Source of the DNA: an uncultured Phycisphaerales bacterium
GTDB taxonomy: Bacteria; Planctomycetota; Phycisphaerae; Tepidisphaerales; Tepidisphaeraceae
Assembly: GCA_963844715.1 (NCBI GenBank)
Contig: CAWJPJ010000005.1
Span: 288,001-352,000, forward strand
DNA: 64,000 bases
Direction: 5' to 3'
Below are positions 10,009 through 20,384 of this stretch, one piece after another. Made by a program: the position numbers and the translations under genes. Each line of letters begins with the position of its first letter. The stretch's first letter is position 1. The notes beneath the pieces are model-generated. The model saw only the letters and a list, made by a program, of their open reading frames with translations, was not told the origin of the DNA and made no database searches.

Positions 10009-10665
10009 TTAGGGATTGATTGCGAGATGTTGCGGTTGCCCTGCCGCGGAGGCCTGCGCTTGCACGACGTGGGTGGCGGTTTTCATCTCGGCAATGAGTT
10101 GATCGGCGCGGGTGGGGTCGTTGATGGCCTGGACTTTGCCATTGAGATCGGACGGTCCGAGGGGGTCGACCATGTCGCCGCGCTGCGTCTGGGCTTTCAT
10201 CCAGGCGGAACAAATGGTGACATTGGTGGTGTCCCCCATGTCGTCGAGCATCACGAGGCCCGACCCGTCGTATTCGAGGAGGCTGCCCTCATTGGGGCCG
10301 TCGCCAAGGAGGCACCACTGGATAGAGGCATTGGTGTTGGCCGGGTGGTCGGCGCGATGGGCCAGAGCCTTCCAGAAGACGCGAATGTGTACATATTGCC
10401 GGGGAGCGTCAGCGGCCTGGGGGGTGAGGGGCTTGGACGGATCGTCGGAGCGGACGGAAGCCATGCCGTCGTTGACCATGACGATGTCGACATCGCCCGT
10501 GTCGGTGTGGGTGACATAGGCCTGGTCAAAGGTTTGGGAGAAAACCTGGTTATTGGTGAAGCTGACCAGATGGAGGTCCCCCTGGTTTTCGGAGGCACAC
10601 CCAAAACAGAGTGCCGAAGCGCAGAGGAGAACGAATGCTATCGGATGGCGGAATGGCATACCCAT
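10009..10665 (-). CDS. Putative lipoprotein
   Basis: Signal peptide ending ALCFG-C; GGAGG upstream. Confidence 0.7.
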   Translation of the reverse strand: MGMPFRHPIAFVLLCASALCFGCASENQGDLHLVSFTNNQVFSQTFDQAYVTHTDTGDVDIVMVNDGMASVRSDDPSKPLTPQAADAPRQYVHIRVFWKALAHRADHPANTNASIQWCLLGDGPNEGSLLEYDGSGLVMLDDMGDTTNVTICSAWMKAQTQRGDMVDPLGPSDLNGKVQAINDPTRADQLIAEMKTATHVVQAQASAAGQPQHLAINP

Positions 10666-10710
10666 TTTGGCGACCCTCCCTAAATCCATTTGGAGATTAG
10701 ATCGGATTTT

Positions 10711-11595
10711 TTATGACAAGCCAAGCAGGCTTAATGTATCCCGTTCCACAATGCCGCGGAGGCTTTCACGTGGAACGACCGGTAGATTGGTCCCCTGGGC
10801 CAATTGGTTGATGCTGTAAAGGGCCTCGATGCAATCGGCGACGGTTGTGTATGGGAAATCACTGCCAAATAGGAGCTTATCGATCACCTGGTATTGATAA
10901 GCGGCGACCAGAGCGTTGTAGGCCTGCCAGGGTCGGGAGAGCAGACCGCTGACGTCGGCAAAGACGTTGGCGTGCTTTCCGAGCAGGGTGACCGTCTCAT
11001 CAATCCAAGGTTGGCCCATTTGGGCGAAGATGATTCGCAAAGTCGGGAACGTGCGGGCGACCTCGTCGAAGAGGTACGGCCTAGCGAATTCCAGTTTGCT
11101 TTGTTCGGTGCACTGTGCGACCGGGTGAATCAGTATCGGCATGCCAAGTTTTTGGGCCTCGGCGTAAAGGCGCATGGCGAGGGTATCCGTAGGGTGGAAG
11201 TCCTGGTTGGCCGGGGAGAGAGTCAGGCCGCGAAGCTGCAAATCGGATCGGGCGAAACGGAGTTCATCGACGGCGGACCCTTCGGTGGGGTCGATGCCCG
11301 CGAAGCCGATGAGCTTCTGAGGGAACCGGTTGACGTATTCAGCCACGTAGGCATTGGGGATTTCGGCTCGGAGATACTTGCTCTTGAAGCCGAGGACGAT
11401 GGACTTATCCACAACCGAGCTTTGCGCCCAATGATGATCGGGGTCCGCGGCGGGAACCGGCCGCCAGTTGCCTTTGCCGGAGGGATAGAACCGACTCGCG
11501 CGAGCGGATTTGGGCGGCGGCGGGGAATCTCCCAAGTCGAGCTGGCCGAGCTGCTCGGGCGATTTCCAAATATGGGTATGGCAGTCAACAATCAT
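10711..11595 (-). CDS. Amidohydrolase-family metallohydrolase (Amidohydro_2)
   Basis: MIVDCHTH and KLLFGSDFPY motifs. Confidence 0.9.
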   Translation of the reverse strand: MIVDCHTHIWKSPEQLGQLDLGDSPPPPKSARASRFYPSGKGNWRPVPAADPDHHWAQSSVVDKSIVLGFKSKYLRAEIPNAYVAEYVNRFPQKLIGFAGIDPTEGSAVDELRFARSDLQLRGLTLSPANQDFHPTDTLAMRLYAEAQKLGMPILIHPVAQCTEQSKLEFARPYLFDEVARTFPTLRIIFAQMGQPWIDETVTLLGKHANVFADVSGLLSRPWQAYNALVAAYQYQVIDKLLFGSDFPYTTVADCIEALYSINQLAQGTNLPVVPRESLRGIVERDTLSLLGLS

Positions 11596-11831
11596 AAATT
11601 AGAGGGGGATTAGTCTAGACCCACGCGCCGGTGCCGTCAAAGCTAACTTTGGGCCAGACCTCCCATAATTTTATCGGGGGGAGGGTATGGTGTGCTGGAA
11701 TCAAAATCGTAACCCGTTGCCTGGAAGCAAGCTGTGGAGAATTGTAAAAAAAATCGCCGTTGACGAGTGGAAACGGGGAAACTAGTCTAGGGTCGTCAGT
11801 GTCCACCCCATCTGAATGAAGGAGACCAACG

Positions 11832-12448
11832 ATGCCGTTCACACTGCCGCCGTTACCGTTTCCGAGCAATGCGCTCGAGCCGCACATCGATAAGATGACC
11901 ATGGAAATTCACCATGATAAACATCACAACGCGTATGTGACCAATCTGAACAAAGCGTTGGAGCAGGCCCGCAACTCGCGAATAAAACTTTGGAGGAGTT
12001 GCTGGCGGGGAATTTGGCGATCGTCCCGGAGACGATCAAGACGCCGGTGCGGAACAACGCCGGGGGGCATCACAATCACAGTTTGTTTTGGGAGATTTTG
12101 AATCCGTCGGGCAAGCCGGGCGCTACGCCGGTCGGGAAACTGGGTGCGGCGATCGACAGCACGTTTGGGTCGTTCGACAGCTTCAAGGAAAAGTTCGCGG
12201 CGGCCGCGGTGGGACGATTTGGGTCGGGATGGGCTTGGCTGATTGCCAGGGGCGGGAAGATCGAGATCATTTCGCTGCCGAACCAAGACAGTCCGATCAT
12301 GGATGGGGCTTATCCGGTGATCGGATTGGATGTGTGGGAGCACGCCTATTACCTGAAGTACCAGAACCGCCGGCCGGAATACATCACGGCTTGGTGGAAC
12401 GTGGTAAACTGGAAGGTCGCCGATGATCGCTTCGCCAAGGCGAAGTGA
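11832..12448 (+). CDS. sodA: Mn/Fe superoxide dismutase (frameshift near 11965)
   Basis: ALEPHID...[27 protein letters not shown] and DVWEHAYYL motifs. Confidence 0.96.
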
Positions 12449-12521
12449 CCGGCCGAGGCAGCCGGGCAATTGAACCGGGGCGAAGCCGCGACCGCCAACC
12501 CATCGGGAAAGTGCGAAATTC

Positions 12522-13622
12522 ATGCGCCGATTATTCCTTCGCGATTGCGTCTCCGGTGATCTTGTCGAAGACGTTTTCATCCTGACCAACAAGCAACTGG
12601 CGGCGACGGCGCAGGGGAAATTCTTCATTAAGGCGTTTTGCAGCGACCGGAGCGCGCAGATCACGGCGCGGATGTGGAACGCCACCCGCGATATTTTCAA
12701 CGCGATTCCGGACGGCGGGTTCGTCCGCCTGCGGGGGAGGATCGAAAACTACCAGAACAATCTGCAGCTCATCATCGAGCAGATGTCCGCGCCGAAGGAG
12801 GGGTCCTATGACATCGCGGACCTCATTCCATGCACGACGAAGGACGTCGGGCAGATGTTTACGCGGGTGATAGAGATCTGCCAAAGCATTCAGAACCGGC
12901 ACTTGGCGGCGCTAGTCCAGGCGTATCTGGACGACGCGAAGCTCATGGAGGATTTCCGGCGGGCACCGGCGGCGATGAGCTTTCATCACGCTTTTTTGGG
13001 GGGATTGCTCGAGCATACGCTCAACGCGATGGAGGTCGGGGACGCGGTGTGCAAGTTTTATCCGCTGCTGAACCGGGATTTGGTCATCGCGGGGATTTTT
13101 TTGCATGACATCGCCAAAACCTGGGAGCTCACGTACGCGGTCTCGTTCGGGTATTCCGATGGCGGTCAGCTCGTGGGGCACGTGGTGAAGTCGGCGATGT
13201 GGGTCGAAGAGAAAGCGAAGACGGCGCAAGAGATGCTGGGGGAGCCAGTGCCTCGGGAACTGATCGATGTCATGCAACACATTATTTTGAGTCACCACGG
13301 GCAGCCGGAATTCGGCGCGGCGCGGACGCCCTCAACGCCGGAGGCGATTGCGGTGCACATGATCGAGAATCTGGATGCGAAGCTGATGATGTCTCTGACG
13401 GCGACGCGCGGCGAGGGGGGAGCCGCGGCGGCGGAAGGCAATTGGACGGAATATATGAAAGCGCTGGGGGGAAGGTTGTATCGGCCGGATGTCGCGCCAG
13501 GGGAAGTGGAGATATCCCAGGAGACGCCGCCGCAAGCGCCGGCTTCACAATCGGCGCCGGCGGGGGGGAAGGTTGTCATTAATAATCCTTTGTTTGAGAC
13601 GGGGTCGGGGAATAAAAGATAA
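12522..13622 (+). CDS. yhaM: YhaM/Cbf-family 3'-5' exoribonuclease (OB fold + HD domain)
   Basis: PAAMSFHHAFLGGLLEH, LHDIAK, HIILSHHG motifs. Confidence 0.88.
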   Translation: MRRLFLRDCVSGDLVEDVFILTNKQLAATAQGKFFIKAFCSDRSAQITARMWNATRDIFNAIPDGGFVRLRGRIENYQNNLQLIIEQMSAPKEGSYDIADLIPCTTKDVGQMFTRVIEICQSIQNRHLAALVQAYLDDAKLMEDFRRAPAAMSFHHAFLGGLLEHTLNAMEVGDAVCKFYPLLNRDLVIAGIFLHDIAKTWELTYAVSFGYSDGGQLVGHVVKSAMWVEEKAKTAQEMLGEPVPRELIDVMQHIILSHHGQPEFGAARTPSTPEAIAVHMIENLDAKLMMSLTATRGEGGAAAAEGNWTEYMKALGGRLYRPDVAPGEVEISQETPPQAPASQSAPAGGKVVINNPLFETGSGNKR

Positions 13623-13668
13623 ATGAGTGACGCGCACGAATGAAGAGTTTTGAGCGTCGGGACGGGGA

Positions 13669-13716
13669 GATTACGATTACGATTAAGATTATGATTAAGA
13701 TTGGGATTGGGATTAG
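13669..13716. repeat. Tandem GATTNN hexamer repeat, 8 units
   Basis: GATTAC GATTAC GATTAA GATTAT GATTAA GATTGG GATTGG GATTAG. Confidence 0.85.
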
Positions 13717-13725
13717 GAGGCGGGA

Positions 13726-14106
13726 ATGCGAATTCACGTTGGCTTGATCGGGCTGGGGCTGATTGGGTTGTTGGGGGTTGGGGTTTGGGGGGATGATGAG
13801 GCGACGACGCAGCCGGCGCTTCTGACGAGATTCGCCTTCACCATCAAAAGATACCGACTCCCTTTAACCTGCTTACAGATTTAACGGACGATCAGAAGGC
13901 TCAGATTCTGAAGATCCATACGGATACTTTGGCCCAGGAGAAGCTGCTACGCGCAGGAACATGACAACATCATGGGGGTGCTCACCGACGACCAGAAGAA
14001 GGAACTGGAGGTGCAGATTGGAAAGGCGACTCTCGAAAAAGAGGAACTCAAGCAGGATTCGGGCAATGCGGATGGAGCGACAACGGAGCCTTCAGAGGGC
14101 AATTGA
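13726..14106 (+). CDS. Small secreted protein with LTxxQ motifs (Spy/CpxP-like); frameshifted and absent from the ORF track
   Basis: AGGAGG SD, signal-like MRIHVGLIGLGLIGLLGVGVWG, then LTDDQKAQILKIH and LTDDQKKEL. Confidence 0.65.
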
Positions 14107-14125
14107 GTTTGGTGCGTTTTTCTGA

Positions 14126-16095
14126 TTAGGGGCGGCGGCAGAAATCGGTCCACATTTGGCGGTATTGGGCTTCGACGTTTGCGGCGAATGTTTTCCCGTC
14201 GCATAGGGGCGATATGCGCATTCGCTCGCGCAAGTCTGCGCGGATTTGGGCCAGGGCGGGGAGGTCTTGCGATAGGTTTGCGGCGATTGAGGCGTATTCC
14301 TCTTTCGAGTTGGCGATCAACTGGGGGAGCCCGACGTTTGTCAGGAGGGTGACGGCGACGCGGCTGGGGTGGGTGGGGCCGGCGAGGGTGATGACGGGGA
14401 CGCCCATCCAAAGGGCATCGCAGGTGGTTTTGGTGCCGTGGTAGGGGAAGGTGTCCAGCGCGATGTCGATCTGGTTGTAGAGGGCGAGGTGGCCGGAAGA
14501 AGATTGGATGCGCTGGCGGAGTTCGATTCGGTCTTGGGCGATATCTGCGGCGGCGAATTGGGATAAAAGTCGGCGGCGCGGGGCATCTTCGGAGAGGCCG
14601 CCGATGCTTTTGATGACCAGGCGGCTGTTGGGGACGGCGCGGAGGACGGCGGACCACATCGCGATGGTGGCGGAACTAATTTTGGCCAGGCTGTTGAATG
14701 AGCCGAAGGTGATTGGGCCGGGGGCTTGCGCCGGAAGTGGAGAGACGGGCGGGGCGTCGGCGGGGGGGGCGAAACAGAGGAACGTGTTGGGGAGGCGGAT
14801 AATTTTTTCGGAGTGGTATTGTTCGGTCAGGCCGGGCGGATCGGCGTGGGCGTCCGTGAAGCGATAGTCCATCGCGGTCATGCCGGTGCTGTAGGGGTAC
14901 CCGATGTGCGTGATCTGGATGGGGGCGGGTTTTGCGCGAAGGCGAGGAGCCGGTTATGGCCGGTATGGCCGGCGAGATCGACGAGGATATCAATCGCATC
15001 CTCGCGGATGAGCTGGGCGAGGCGGTCGTCGGGAAGGCCCGTGACGTTTCGCCATTCTTTTACGGATTGCCGGAGGCGCCCGGTGACGGCGTCGGCCTTC
15101 ATGAGGTCGGCGTAGGCGAATATCTGGAAATTCGATCGGTCGTGAAAGGCGAATTGATTTTCGAGAAAATAGGCGACCGAGTGATCGGCAAAATCGGGTG
15201 AGACGTAGCCAATTCGGAGGGGACGATCGGGATTTCGATTGTTGCGATGCAAGGGAACATTCGCGCGAGATGCGCCGCGTGCAGGGTGTTCCACTCGACA
15301 TGGCGGCGGAAGACTTCGGCGGGATCAATATCGGGCTGGAAGTGGAGGCTGTAAATCAGATTGCTGTGGAAACCGGCGTCGCGGGGCGCGAGTTCGATGG
15401 CGCGGGCGTAGGCTTCGGTGGCTTCGGCGACCTGCCCGCAATCGCGGAGGGAATTGCCGAGATTGTTCCAGGCGCCGGGGAATTGGGGCTGAAGTGCAAT
15501 GGCGCGGCGGCAGGTTTCGGCGGCCTCGTGTGGGCGGCCGGTAAGCCATTGGACGTTCCCAAGATTGCTCAGGGCTTCGAAGTAGTCGGGTTTGATCAGT
15601 AGGGCGCGATGGAAGGCGTCGGTGGCCTCGGGAGTTTGGCCGAGGGACTGGAGGCCAATGCCAAGGTTGTTCCAGTAGCCTGCGAAATCGGGCTTGAGTA
15701 AGACGGCGCGGCGATAGGCATCGACGGCGTGTTGCGACTGGCCCATCGCGCGAAGGCAGTTTCCAAGGGCGTTATGGGCCGACGCGTAGTCCGGGCGAAG
15801 GGAGATCGCTTTTTGAAAGGCGGCAATGGCGGCCGGCCATTTTTCTTGCGCGGCAAGGGCGAGGCCGAGATTGTATTGCACCTCGGGGGATTGGGGATCG
15901 GCCACCGCGGCGCGGTGGAGAATCGGGGCGGCATTGTTCGGGCGCCCGAGTTGATGATCAGAGTGCGCCCAAAAGGGCGAGCGCTTCAGCGTGATCGGGA
16001 TTGGATTGGAGAAAGGCGCGATAGACGGGTTCGGCTTGATCAAGCCGGCCGGCGGCGTGGTGCTGCTTGGCGAGATCGAGGGCGGGGGTGGTCAT
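14126..16095 (-). CDS. TPR-repeat O-GlcNAc transferase-like protein (GT41/SPINDLY type; frameshifts)
   Basis: TPRs, then RIGYVSPDFADHSV, DILVDLAGHT, TFGSFNSLAKI and DIALDTFPYHGTKTTCDALWMGVPVITLAG. Confidence 0.9.
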
Positions 16096-17732
16096 GATGC
16101 TTTCGAGTCGAGCAATTTCTTCAGTTCGGCCGCCGCATCGCGAATAGGAGCGGACCAATCGTCGCGGCGTCTTTGACGAAAGAGACGAGCGGTCGGATAC
16201 CATGGGGTATCGGTCCGGTCCAGGGTCCAGCGCCAATCGGGGACGAATTTGAGAAGCACCCAGACGGCTTTGCCCAGCACGCCGGCCAATTGGGCGGCGG
16301 CGGTGTCGATGCTGATCACCAGGTCGAGCTGATTCATCAGCGCGGCGGTGTCGGCGAAATCTTTGATCGTCGGGGCGGAATCAATAATATTCATGCCCGG
16401 AGGGGGGGATTTAAGTTCGCTGGATCCCTCTTCAATCTGCAGGCTAAAGAACTGGATTCGCGGATCAGCCAGTTCCGAGAGCATGGGCAAAGGGATGGAT
16501 CGCCCCGGGAGATGAGTTCGGCCGGACCAGATCAGGCCGACTTTCAGTTTTCCTTCGCCGGGCAATTCCGATGTTTCCTGGTCATGCAAGTATGGGCCCG
16601 ACCAAAATGGGTTAGGCAAGTTCAGGACATGGGGGAGACTCAGTAACGGGCATTGAAAATCGAAATCGGGAAGCAATTGCGGGGGAGCGATGACGGAGTC
16701 GAGTCCCGGGATTGACCTCATGAGCGGGGATAGACGGGCCTGGCAGTGGAGGATGATTCTCCCGCCGCGAGCCGTTGTCTCGCGGAGATAACGCGCGAAG
16801 TGGATGGTATCGCCAAAGCCTTGCTCGCAATGGATGAGTATTGTTTTTCCGGGTAGAGGCTGGCCGTTCCACATGGGGCGATCGAATTTGGGGATGGTCG
16901 GCTGGAACTCCGGGACCCGGCGGCGCCATTCGTATTCCTTCCACCCTTGCTTGTAATCGCCCAGGAGCAGGAGGAGGAGAGAGTAGTTCCAGTGGAGATT
17001 GGCGGCGTCCGGTTTCAGGGATAACCCTCGCTCGAACGCGGCGCAGCGGAGGGATACTCGCCGAGGCTTTGCAGGGCGTTGCCGAGATTTCCCAACGCGT
17101 CGGGGAAATCCTCTCGCAGCGCCAGCGCGCGGCGGCACGCCTCGACGGCATCGTCGAATTGCTGGTTTCGCCAAAGAGCGTTACCCAGATTGCCCCAGGC
17201 TTCGGCATAATTTGGATTCAAAGCCAGAGCTTTTTGGAAAGCGTCGATAGCTTCGGGATATCGATCGGCGGATTGGAGCGCGATGGCGAGATTATTCCAA
17301 AAGCCGGCTGAGTCAGGCTGAAGCTCCACCGGCGCGACGGTGCCGGGCAATCGCATCGTCAAAGCGGCGGAGATTGCGCAGTGCGTTTCCGAGAGCGTTG
17401 TAGGCGGATGCGTAATCCGGTCGCAGCGAGATGGATTTTTCGAAAGCCTCGGCGGCCTGGGACCAGTTGGATTGGCCCGCCAGGGCGAGACCGAGATTGA
17501 AATAGCCATCGGGCGAGGCAGGATTGGCGGCGATGGCGCGGCGAAGGATGGGTTCAGCGTCGGCGTGACGATTCGCCTGGAGGTACAGCATTCCTAGCAG
17601 AGCGAGGGTTTCGGGATGGTCCGGTAGATCTGAAAGGATCTGACGATAAGCCGGTTCGGCAAGATCGAACCGCCCTTGGCGGTGGTAGTCCCGCGCTAAA
17701 TCAATGGCTTGAAGGGTTTCGTCGTCCGTCAC
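16092..17732 (-). CDS. TPR-repeat glycosyltransferase (GT9-like C-terminus; frameshifts)
   Basis: TPRs; EQGFGDTIHFARY, DLVISIDTAAAQLAG, DWRW...TPWYPTARLFRQ. Confidence 0.88.
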
Positions 17733-17797
17733 GGTGACCAATATTAAGCGATACACAGAGACGTTGCAGCCAAGGTCGCAAGCGCGATAATTCGAGC

Positions 17798-18547
17798 ATG
17801 AAGACGGGGCTGACACTATCCGCCGCCAGTGGAATCGGGGACCGGGTGATCTTTACGAGCTTCCCGGAGAACTTTTATGCGGCGACGGGATCGAAACTCA
17901 TAGATATCGATAATATCTGGTGTTTTGATTTCAATCCGTTTGTGATTCGGGGCCAGACGCCGGATAAGGTTCTGAACCCATGGGAAACGCCTTTGCCCGA
18001 GAGGCCGCCGCAGGGGCGGCCTGTGTGGCATTCGGTCGCCGAGCGCACGATGGTTCAGTTTGGGCTCGATCCGCGCCGTCTGGTGGTGCGGCATCCTCGG
18101 TTGTATCGCTACGAGGACGAGCCGAAGCGTCATCGCTTGGTGGTTCACACTACCGGCGTGACGCGCGGGCAGTTCCATGCCAAAGTCATCAGTCACATCG
18201 CTCAAAAATATGCGGGCTGGGAATTTGTCCAGGTCGGCGGGAAGGGAGACGTTGATTTTCCAGGTGCCGTCGATCTGAGGGAGGCGGAGCTTTGGGAAGT
18301 CGCGCGAACGATCGCCGGCGCGGAAGTCTTCATCGGCGTCTGCTCCGGGCCAAGCTGGATCGCGGCGGCGTACCCTTCGACGTGGTCGAAGAAAATCCTC
18401 ATGCATCTTTCGGAATTCGAGTTGACCGGCCCCATTACCCCGATGGCGTTCGTTGACAAGCATTGGCAGTGGTTTGACTCGTCGTTCACGTATTTTAATC
18501 GCACCGAGCAGGATTTGGGTTTTACGTACAGTTATCGCAAGCTCTGA
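17798..18547 (+). CDS. GT9-like (heptosyltransferase-fold) glycosyltransferase without TPRs
   Basis: N-terminal GIGDRVIFT and AEVFIGVCSGPSWIAAA. Confidence 0.65.
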   Translation: MKTGLTLSAASGIGDRVIFTSFPENFYAATGSKLIDIDNIWCFDFNPFVIRGQTPDKVLNPWETPLPERPPQGRPVWHSVAERTMVQFGLDPRRLVVRHPRLYRYEDEPKRHRLVVHTTGVTRGQFHAKVISHIAQKYAGWEFVQVGGKGDVDFPGAVDLREAELWEVARTIAGAEVFIGVCSGPSWIAAAYPSTWSKKILMHLSEFELTGPITPMAFVDKHWQWFDSSFTYFNRTEQDLGFTYSYRKL

Positions 18548-20384
18548 TGGGCGAGTTTTCGTAACTCGGCCTCGATTCGTCCAAGCGGCGTTCGCCAGTC
18601 GCCGATTTGCGGTTCCCGAAAAATGCGAAGGCTGGAATACCACGGGGAATCCTCTCTATCGAGTAGCCAGCGGAAATCAGATCGAAAGGGGTTGAGCATC
18701 CAAACGGGCTTGCCCATTGCGCCGGCGAGATGGACAGGCGCGGTATTGATGGAAATCAACAAATCCAAATGAGTCAGCAACCCGGCCAGATCGGCAAAGT
18801 CGGAGATGTCGCGGGTGAGATCAATGAGATTCATCCCATCGGGAGGCGTTTGCGTCGCCTCGGGTCCTTTTTGCAAGCTGAAGAACTGCACGCCGGGAAT
18901 TGTGGTCAGCGATGAAAAAACATCGATGGTACGCGTCCGCCCGTCGGCAAATACGAGGCTGCCGGCCCAGACAAGTCCAACTTTTAACTTTCCGTCCTTG
19001 GGGACTTTCTTCCCAAATTTCTCGATGCGGTCAGGCGGGGCGGTCAGGTACCCGGTGCTTCCTGGAACCGAATCGACACGGGTCCTGAAAATCCGTGGCA
19101 AACTGAACCAGGGGGCATGAAGATCGAATTCCGGAAGTTCGGTTCCAATCGCAATGACCTTCCACACTCCGGGGATTTGCTTGAACAAGTCAACCAAGGC
19201 CGGGTGGCACTCGAACGCAACCTTCGCGACCGCGGTCTATGCAGAGGGGAACGTAACGCGCAAAGTGTATGCCGTCACCGTTCGCGCCCTCGGCTTGCAA
19301 TAGGAGGGTCTTTCCTGCTATCGGGGAGCCGTCCCATTGCGGCTGACTAAACTCGCGCTTGAGTCGACCGCCGGGCACCTTCAACCGCCATTCAAATTCC
19401 TCCCATCCCTCGTCCCATTCCCCCATCGCCAAAAGGAGTCGGCCTAGATTCCAGTGTAAGCCCGCATTTAGCGGCGAGCATCGACCAGACGGCGGAGGAT
19501 GGAAATCCCTTCCGAGCGCTTTCCGGTTAGAAACAGATCGTTGCCAAGACTTATCAGAGCCGGTTCGAAGCCGGGGTCTAATTCGAGTGAACGGTTATAG
19601 TGTTCAATCGCCTCATCGAAGCGGCCCATGATCGAAAGCGCTTCTCCCGCATTCCACCAAACTTTGGCTCGATCGGGCGAAAGAGAGAGCGCTCGCTGAA
19701 ACGCGGCCAATGCTGGTTCCAACCTCTGAACTTTTCTTAGTGCGTTGCCAAGATTGATCCAAGCCTCGGGCCAACCCGGACGAAGCCGAACGGCTTCCTG
19801 GTAGGCTTGGATCGCCTCACGATGTCTTTCCAGGTTCCGCAAGGCATTGCCGCGATTGAAGTGGGCTTCGGGAATTTCCGGGCGAAGGTCACAGGCGCAC
19901 TCCAGGGCAGGCAGGGCATCGGTTGAATTACCTGAAGCCATCAAAGCGTTGCCAAGATTGATATGGGATGCGGCGTGATCGGGGTGAAATTCAATCGAGC
20001 GGCGATAGGTGTCAATCGCCTCATGGGAATTCCCCTCTGCCTCCAGGGTCACAGCTAAATTGAATAGCGTTCGAGAAAATCCGGCCTGACTGCAAGCACT
20101 TTTCGGAACGCGTCGATGGCTTCCCGCCGTCGATTCAAAGTTCTCAGCAGTACCGCCAGGTTGTATTGGTAGTCGGGACGGTTTGGGGCCTGCGCGACGG
20201 CTCGTTGAATTAAAGCAATTGCTTCATTGGGATCGCCGCGAGACGCGTAGATGAGCGATAGTCCGTAAAGAGCGTCCGGCTGGTCTGGCTGTGCGGCCAG
20301 AATTTGCCGGTATAACGGCTCGGCCAAATCCAGCCTGCCGGCGCGATGGTGGTCCTTGGCGAGATCAAGTGGTGAGGAATTCAT
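18532..20384 (-). CDS. TPR-repeat glycosyltransferase (GT9-like C-terminus; frameshifts)
   Basis: Starts MNSSPLDLAKDHH; EGANGDGIHFARY, KVGLVWAG, DLLISINTAPVHLAGAMGKP, DFRWLLDREDSPWY. Confidence 0.87.
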
